A stretch of 64,000 bases of DNA from Monocercomonoides exilis PA203 (taxonomy: Eukaryota; Protista; Preaxostyla): contig LSRY02000006.1 in the NCBI GenBank assembly GCA_001643675.2, positions 1,426,001-1,490,000 of the forward strand. Direction: 5' to 3'. The notes below the pieces were generated by a model. The model ran no database searches and was not told where the DNA came from. It was given only the letters and a program-made list of their open reading frames with translations. Of the stretch, positions 55,401 through 64,000 are shown in pieces; position 1 is the stretch's first letter, and every line of letters begins with the position of its first letter. The position numbers and the translations under genes are program-made.

Positions 55401-58400
55401 AAACAAAATGTTACAATTTGTTCATTATCACGGATTTCAAGTGATATATCGCTCATAACCAGTGATTCTCCTCGACTTAATATAAGACTTCTTCTGAGTT
55501 CTTTCACTGAAGATGCAATTACTATTGCAAATTTTAATAATTCGCATGATGTGCCGCAAATGATGTAGCTTGTTTGTTCACTATTTGATACATCCTTAAC
55601 TGCCACATCTGTTTCGTTGCCTCCTCCTTCGATTTTAAAATTTGATGTATAATTCAACGAAAAAGGCTCGATCAAGTCTGATTTTGACATTATGCTAATC
55701 GAACAGGAAATGAATGAATTTGAAGATAAATATCGCAACTTCATAATTTTATCGATCGTTTTGCAAGGAGCTTCTGAAAATCCACATCCTGAAAAATCAG
55801 ATCCGTCCATTCCGTGAACAAAGCCATTTCCGCTGAAGTTCCTCCAAAGATAAACAACAAGAGGTACAATATAAGTCTCGTTTGAAGTTCTTTCGTATCC
55901 ATTAAGCTCATTTGTTTGACTCAGGTCTTTTTCATTCATTGACCAATTCAAATGAAGCATATCAACCACTTCCAAAAGAATATCACCTGAAATAAAAACT
56001 TTCTTTCCTTTCCAGCCATAACATTCCTCAAATACAATATCTCTCAATATGAATGTTCTAACTTCATCTTCAACATATAAAAACATTCCACCACCTAGTC
56101 CTTTTCCGGATTCTTCTTCTGGAACACCGCATGAAGCAAATTTTGTTGATTCAATGCTCATTTCTGTGTTGAATGGTAAACTTATCATAATTCCTCCACC
56201 AGTCAATGAGCCAATTCCCTCACAACTGGATGAAAACGAACTATTTGTTATTTCGACTCTGTTCGAGCTATTTTCATTCATCCTGACATTCAGACATCCA
56301 CCATCACTATTCAAATTTTTTATTCCCCAAAACGAACAATTTTTGATTTTCAATTGTGTTCCATTCTCGATTTCGAACGGTGAAACGTTAAATGAAATTC
56401 TTTCTTCACTGATTGAAACATTATTTAACTGTAGAACACCTCCGTTTACATGAATCAAATTGAAGTTATGTGGACTTACTTTTAAAGAATCGATAGAAAA
56501 GCAACTTTCAGATAAAAAAAACGAAAATGATGAATCAATTATTGCTTTTCGACCTGATTGAATTGGATATACTATGCTGAATGAAATGTTCATAATTTTT
56601 GTGCTATTGTGACAATTCAATATTGCATTTTGATTTTGTGTCATATTATCATAAATCTCAATTTCATTCGTAGTCCCTAATCCTGAAAGAATAACGTCAA
56701 AACTATCAATACTCATTTCTCCACAAATTGCTGAATATGACGAAATTGCAATTGAATTCACATGTTCTGACATTCGATTAATAACAGTGAAATCAATTGT
56801 CATGCATGGAAAAGATTGGAAACCACAAAAGTTGTGGTTCAAACCATCATTTCCATTCACATTCAATGGAGGCTCTAGATTGCATAAAAATATATGAAGA
56901 GGGATAACAACTTGACAGGAATTGTTTTCGCATCCACTCATTTTCAATGTGTCATCCGGTTTTGAATTTTCATCAAAAAATGAAAATGATTCAGTATTAA
57001 TTTTCTGCTCCAGAAAAATTTTATTATCACAATATATGAAAATGTCTTTACCAATTGCAGCATTATTGTCTGCCTGGTATGAGAATTTCACAAACTCATT
57101 TATTCTAAAGTTACAAGCATTTTCACATATTTCTAAATATAAGCCTCCACATTTTCCGTTTGCAATCAAATCGCCTGAAATGCATCCATCAATAACTGTA
57201 GTTCCATTGACTACGAGATTAGATTCACTTTTCAAACGAACATATATTCCACCTCCACAAGCATGTCCATGTTTAGTGCAACAATCTCTAAAAGAGCAAT
57301 TGTCCAAAATAATTTCTTTTTTTGAATTGCAAATATTCTCGTTGCTCAACAAATAAGTTGAATCACTTTCAGCAAGTATACATCCACCATTTCCTGAATT
57401 TTTTCCTATTCCGATAAATCTGCATTTTTTGAAATGGACATTTTCCCAATTATCGCAGTTAATCAGAGAGCACGCTTCAGTATTTATGTTCATTTTATTC
57501 TCAAAAGATTCAAGAATGATGCTTCCTCCTTTAACATCCAGCAAGTTATACTTTAAACAAGAAATTGATGAATTATTGAGAATCATAGAGCAATCCTTCA
57601 TTGTCAATTCTGATGAACCAAAGCAATATATAAAAGAATGTGCATCAATTATATCAAATGGAAGTTCAAAACAGATATTAACTAAAATTGATTTCACAGA
57701 AACAGAAATAACAGATGAAGAAAGTCTGTTTGTCAATGGATTCACCCTAACAACTTCTCCTTTCTCTTTACAAGATATGTTCCAAATTAAGTTGCTAAGA
57801 TTCAAGTCTTCTTGCAGAACATATCCTTTGCTCAACACAACAGCACGTTCTGAGTCTGGTAATCTATTTGCGATTGCATATGAAATGCTCAGACAAGGGA
57901 AAAACGAAAAGCCACAGTATGAAACATCCTCGCTTTGCGATGATGTACCAACATAGACAGGAGGAGAAAATGTCTTAAAAAACACGACTAATGGAAAGCA
58001 TTCAATAAGAGGAATGAATCTGTCAAATCCCATTGCATCAATTAATTCTTCTTCTTCAGGAATGAAGTATAATGAAGCCATATTTATTTGATCTTTTGAC
58101 ATTTTCTCTCCATTAATAAAAATTTTATGACCTCCTTTATCCGCTACGCAGTTTGAAAAAGAAACGTTTTGAAGCTTAAACAAGCTTGTTATATCTGCAA
58201 GATAAATATAAACTCCTCCTCCAAATTGATTGCAACTGCAGTTATTAAAAAAAGTTCTCAGAGCTGATGAACTCAACTCGAAAACACTTTGTGCTTCTAA
58301 CTTAAGGAATATTCCACCTCCATTTCCATTCAAGCATCTACAACCAGTAATCGTATTATTGCTCAACTTTATCGTTATAGCTTTTGAAGCTAATATATCA

Positions 58401-60437
58401 AGGATTGAGCCATTTCCATATTGTTTCAAAACATTAAAAAAAGTACAGTTCACAACAGAGAAAATTAAAGGCTCGTTCAAAAGAATAGAATTTTTCGAAA
58501 ACAAAAAGTTCTTCATTATTGTTGATTTGAATGTCAGAATTCCAGTTGATGAAACTTTAAACAACTCCTTATTGAATCCATTTTTCATTTCATACCCTGT
58601 TTCAGTTTGAATTTCACATAAATTAATCTGTACAAGTCCATCTGATATTATTTCAATGAAAAATGAATTGCTAGAAGTTGCAAAGGAATGAATAAAATTA
58701 GTTGATTCCCAAGTTAGTTGCAGATGCAACCATAACAAAAGGATTTTGCGAATAATGAGATTTGAGTACTGTCGTTGAGGATGCTGATTCTCCATAAATC
58801 AGAAAACTTCGATCTGGAATAACAATCATCACATCCTGTATTTGTCCCTTTTCCAATTGAATTTTGCAAATATCTCCCAAGTCAATTTTTTCCATTTGTT
58901 TGATTGCTATTTCTATGCTCTGACATTTTCGAACTATAAATCCACAAATCCCATCCGATACTCCTTGCTCATTGTTAACAAGGAATTCATGAAAAATTGG
59001 AAACAAGTTATCACAGTTATCCGTACCAAATGTACATCGATTCGCTTTATTTGTTACAGACCAGCAATTCCTAATTTTTTCTGAAAGCGTTTGATGCTCA
59101 TCAGATCCATGCAAATCATGTCCAAATCCTGAAGCAGCTGTGTTATTTATAAACAAGCAAAAAGTTAATTCACAAATTAGGCTTTTATTTGTGAGTACAG
59201 CAAACAGGATGCCTCCACCATGAAAAGTACTAATTGAATTAAGTATTCGACACTCTGTGATAAGAGTAATGCATTCACCTCCAATACTTATTGATCCGCC
59301 TCCAATCGGTGAATTTGTTTTACATATCTCAAAATAACATCCTTGAATTTTATCTCCATTCTGACTTGTTCTATGATGAATTCCTCCACCATTCGACTGA
59401 TCGCTACAGTTAACAAATATGCAGTTTGTTGTCACATAACACAAATCATTTAACGCAATAAGTCCACCTGCATATGCACCTGCAGAGCAATTTGAGAAAT
59501 TATTGTTTGAAAATATTTGTTTTTGTCGAACGTCTGTGAAAATTGCACCTCCACTTTTAAAACTTCTGCATGAAATGAATGAGCAATTGGTAACATTCAA
59601 TCCTGCAGAAGAAATATGGTAAATAGCTCCTCCATTATCATTTACTGCTGTGGATATTCGAAAATCCACAAAAGAAAAAGTCTTATCGACTGTTCCCAAA
59701 ACAACTTGTCTTTCTGAAATAAATTGCCTTGTTTGTGTACAACTTTCAAATGTTGAGTTCAAAGCGAAAAATTCATTTCCATCATTCATTCCAGAAACTA
59801 TAACTCCATAGAATCCATCGTTAACATTATTTATACAGCAAGAAAGAATACTAGTTGAATGTATTTTTCCAAATTCTGAAAGCCACAAAACTTCACTTGC
59901 CTCACCACGATTAGTAATATTCCTGAATGATGAAGACAATAACGTTGTATCATGGAAAAAGTTTGGTATAAATGGATTTGACAAAAGCGTGAAAGAAGAA
60001 AAATCACAAAAGAAGATGTTGATTACTGGATAATAATTATTTAACGTTTCACTGTAATATGTTGTACAAATAGGAGAAAGATGATGCGCTGGATTACTTG
60101 AAATAAATGAGATATTGATTAAATCCAGGCAGCTCTCACTATTATTAAAAGGAGAACAAGAAGCAAATGAAGTAATAATCTCAGATGAAGATAAGACGAA
60201 ACTTGAATGTGATAAAGTTGTTATTAAGCATTGTTCAAATAATTGAACAATTTCCAATGATTTGTGACTAAGTGTGGAATTTGTTAAAAAAAATAGTGAA
60301 CTGTTTTCGTATTGAAAAACTCTTGTCGATTTACAGAAATTCCGAGGATTCAAGCAAACGCAATGAATATTAACAGTTAGCAAAACAATAAATAACATTG
60401 CTATCAGTGGTTCCAAAAAAGAAAGTTAAATACCCAT
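48515..60437 (-). pseudogene. Disrupted paralogue of the giant receptor/pseudokinase gene (about 3970 codons)
   Basis: Four ORF pieces are collinear with the 3467-15940 protein (8 CG..C modules, TM, tail). Lesions: frameshift near 58718, in-frame TGA at 53342-53344, in-frame TAA at 52085-52087, and an in-frame TAA at codon 4 after ATG 60437 (alternative start at ATG 60398). Confidence 0.8.
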
Positions 60438-61477
60438 AATCCTTGAAAAAAGATCAATTTGAATAACAGTTGAAATAAATAACGAATAAATCAAGCTGTT
60501 GCTTACTCAATCTGTAACAAAAATAAACAAAGGTTTATCTATTATATTCTCGGGATATTTGTTTAAATCTTGAATATTGACTTTTTTTAAAAAAGAACAT
60601 GAATTTGACGATTCAACAGAAGATAATCGCTCGGAAAAAAGGATTTACATTTCTGACAAATAACAATCATGAGATTATTCGATATCTTGAATTCCGAAAA
60701 AAATTCGTTTTTAAAAATGAGTTGAATCCTCTTTTTCAGAATGTTAACAAAGATCCCAGACAACCTAGAAGTACAATTGAAAAGAGTTTTATAACAATCA
60801 AACTTAAAAAAAATATATGCATTCGCATTTTGAGATTGATGCACTTCAAAAGTGAAAGGAATTCTTTGTTCAATATTTGAAAAATCCAAAAAATGGAAAA
60901 CATTTGATTATTGTGAATTCGAAAACACACGAATATCGTTTTATATCCGATAATATCAAATTTTTATAAAAAGAAAAGGTTCTTTTTTTGAGGTTAATAA
61001 TTTATTTGAATATTTTTTCTTTTCTTTTCTTTTCCTTTTTTTTTTTTTTTTTTTTTTTGTAAACATTTGCAAATTGTTGAAAAATCAAAAAACATAAAAA
61101 AGAAAAATTAAAATATTAGCTTAGTCAAGAAAAGTTTGGTTAAAACAAAAAAAAGAGAAAATGAAAATGTTTAGATTCGTAAATTGCGAAGTGTGTGTTT
61201 GTGAAAATAGAATGAATAGATGATTGTTTTCAATGTATTTGGGTTTGTCAAATAACAAGATTTGGTTGAGCCAAGTGCACAATCAAGTGGAGATTGACGA
61301 TGAAGAGGAGCAAAGTATCAGCAATTTAAATATCAAAACAATAACGAAAGAATTAATGTTTAAATGGAAGAAAGGAATTGTAACTTTGGGTGTAACAATA
61401 GAAAAGAAGTGTCTTTTTTAATGCTGTTGCTCACCGAAGATGCTTCACTCCAAACAAACAACACAGCCTACACTTTA

Positions 61478-63297
61478 TCAGTTCTTAAAATCTCCTTTCC
61501 TTTTCATGTCCTCACTTTCTCGTTTGCTTTCATCCTCCCCTCCTGGACGCTCACTGTCTCTTTCCACATCTCTATCTCCTCCTTTCCCTTCCTTTTTCCT
61601 CTTCATGTCTTCGATAAGATTGCGATATGCCACTCGATCAAGATAGTCAAACGCAAACGGATTGGCTGATTGAAGCGATGATTGATCTGCAGAAGAAGAA
61701 GAAGATGATGATGATGATGATGAGTGCGCCATCGATGGCAGTTGAGAAGGAGGGGTCATCAAGTCTCGAATCAGTGCGTCTTCCAACCTCGTTTCCACTG
61801 CACTTGCAGCAGAGCCTGGCATTATCCCCATTTCCCTCTCGCGTTCCTTCTCTCTTTCTCGCTCGTCCATCAGAAGCATCATCAGCTTCTCTGGAAACAC
61901 TGCAATTTCTCTTCCGCAGGACAGATTCACATCGTCAAATTGCCGCACCTCATCGAAAAACGTATGATTCATTGCTTCTTTTGCAGAGAGACGCTCTTGA
62001 TGATCAAAGCTACATTAGAGGGAAATGAGTGAAAGATATGAATTATGAAGAAGCAGGAAGAAAATAAATTTGTCGAATAAGTTGTCGAAAAAAAGAATAA
62101 ATCATAAAATAACATCTTTGTTTTTATTTTTAAAGAATTCTCATTCAAATCACTTCTTATATAAACAAAAAAGAACAGTACTTTAACAAACCGAAGAAGA
62201 TGATCAACAAGGTCGATTCCATCAGCCGAGCAAAGATGTGCACATTCCGGAGTAATGAATGAAGTCCACTCTTTCTTCTCACATCCTTTCAATTCGGGTG
62301 TCAGTTCAAATGGAAGCTCATATTTCCGAATATAATTTTCCAGTTCTTCAGTTCCCAGAACTTGAGTAATCTTCACAAGCTGATCAGGATCGTCACGCCC
62401 TCTGAAGAATGGCATTTTTTGGAAAAGTAATGAGGCAACAATACATCCGAGTGACCACATGTCCAGTGAATAGTCGTAATTCTTCATGTTTGTCAGCAGT
62501 TCCGGTCCTTTGTAATGGCGCGATGCAACTCTCACATTGTACTCAGTTAAAGGACGATAGTATTCGGCCAATCCCCAATCAATCACGCGAAGTTGCTTCA
62601 AATTTTAGAAATCATGTAATTTAATTAACGTACAAAACAATGTAAAAAATATTGAAGCATACGTGTTTTGAATGATCAATCATGATGTTATGTGGTTTGA
62701 TATCTCGGTGCATAATTCCGCGAGAATGAGAAAAGTCAAGTGCTTTCAGAATTTGATAAAGATAAAAACGAATTTCTGGTGGTTGAAGTTTTGGATAAAG
62801 ATCTTTGAAGTCGTCGTTATCAACTTCTTCGTAAATAAAGCTGTACATTCGTGAATCTGGATCTCTAACAATATCATAAAGCTGAACAATATTTGGCCCC
62901 CCATCAATGCTCGCAAGTACTTTCAATTCCCTTTGAAGCTTCTTCTTCTTAACCGGTCTTAAAACTTTCACAGCGCACATTCTGCCTGTGTGAATGTCGA
63001 TTCCTTCAAACACCTCTCCAAACTTTCCATGCCCTATTTTTTTCATAAGCTCATATGGTTCGCATGAGCTGTTATCCGTATCCAAGTGGATGTTGTAAAA
63101 TAAAAATGATCATCATTATTCAACAAGTAAAAGCCAAAATACATCGAAAATTATTTAGATCAAAAATTTGCACACTGAGGCACTATCGCAACGGTATCAG
63201 GATCAGAAAATGAGGAGGGGAAGGCATCTAACGCATTCGCATAATATCTTGCTTGGGACTGCCTCCACTTCGGTATTTTATCCCCAGCTTTCGACAT
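61478..63297 (-). CDS. Casein kinase II alpha-like catalytic subunit (divergent), 4 exons
   Basis: SQARYYA; [13 protein letters not shown]; VKKKKLQRE; [16 protein letters not shown]; [12 protein letters not shown]...[17 protein letters not shown]...[12 protein letters not shown]; [18 protein letters not shown]. Confidence 0.92.
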
Positions 63298-63472
63298 GTG
63301 AACCGAAATAAAGGTAATGGCTTGATCAAGTTAGTTATTATTTTTTACAATTTTTTTTGAAAGGAAGTGAATAAAAAGATAATGTGATGACGTGCTAAAA
63401 TTCGCAGGATGTGATGAGAATTTATTTTGTAACAAAGAAGATTTACAAAAAAGTTTAAATGATTTTCATTTT

Positions 63473-64000
63473 TCACTTTTTCGACATTACTTCAATCCAA
63501 TCAGAAATGGATGCAACGCAACGCACTTCAGGATCAAAATATGCAGTGAGTCCAAGGAAAGTCTGAAAAAAAAATATTTTTTTAACAGAAATGAATAAAA
63601 AAAAATAAAATTGTTAAATATGCAAACATTTTCATCTGGTTCAATTCCCCATTCAATCAAGCAGCGTCTCAGCGCCTGAAGAGACATCGAGTCAGGGTCT
63701 TCCTTCGACTCGCACATTCTGGCGACTTCTCTCGAGTCGACTCCAGCTGCATCGAGTGTCTCCTTCACTTTCGCCAGAGCTGCATCCACATCCACACGAA
63801 CAGGATATCCCTCCAACATTGGCAGTGGCACAAGTGTGTCGCTCACTTTGTTGCCCAGCTTGTAATGCAGTGTGAAGTCATCTGCATCATAAAGATAAAT
63901 GTGCTTTCCTAACAAATTGTAGATGCTGCCTATGTGCAGATCTTGCGTGTGGAGGACGGTTGTGCCGTCGCCGTCATCCAGTTTGTATTTCCCTCTTTCA
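63473..64000 (-). CDS. 3' end of a DM10/EF-hand (EFHC/Rib72-like) flagellar protein, truncated by the window edge
   Basis: DLHIGSIYNLLGKHIYLYDADDFT is DM10-like, followed by an EF-hand-like region. A GTTTG intron leads to the last exon ending VMSKK-TGA at 63473. Confidence 0.65.

Noticed and set aside
60587-60930. Overlapping short ORFs in the spacer upstream of the disrupted receptor
   Set aside because: AT-rich F/K/I/N-biased translations with no motifs; consistent with chance.

Overview
AT-rich, gene-dense eukaryotic DNA with many short spliceosomal introns (donors mostly GTTTG/GTATG) and the standard genetic code. Gene content and the giant TM/kinase-like proteins suggest an oxymonad flagellate such as Monocercomonoides (inference, not verified). 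Exon models were built by hand. Genes in order: a 12.5-kb intronless giant surface receptor with a pseudokinase tail (-), MRT4, a FOP/CEP43-like LisH protein (with a probable GC-AG intron), a C2H2 zinc-finger protein, a 3.4-kb gene-free region holding a 20-bp periodic array and several long palindromes, TRM6, RPC34, an ARM+SPRY-like protein, CFAP251/WDR66, a catalytically degenerate TyrRS paralogue, a PRP4-family kinase fused to the N-terminal domain of ribosomal protein uL11/RPL12, a CDF zinc transporter, a disrupted second giant receptor sharing near-identical patches with the first, a CK2-alpha-like kinase and a partial DM10/EF-hand gene. Best leads: the RPL12-NTD/PRP4-kinase fusion, the head-to-head pseudo-TyrRS, a GATC motif about 20-55 nt upstream of most start codons, the palindrome cluster, and mosaic homogenisation of the receptor tails.
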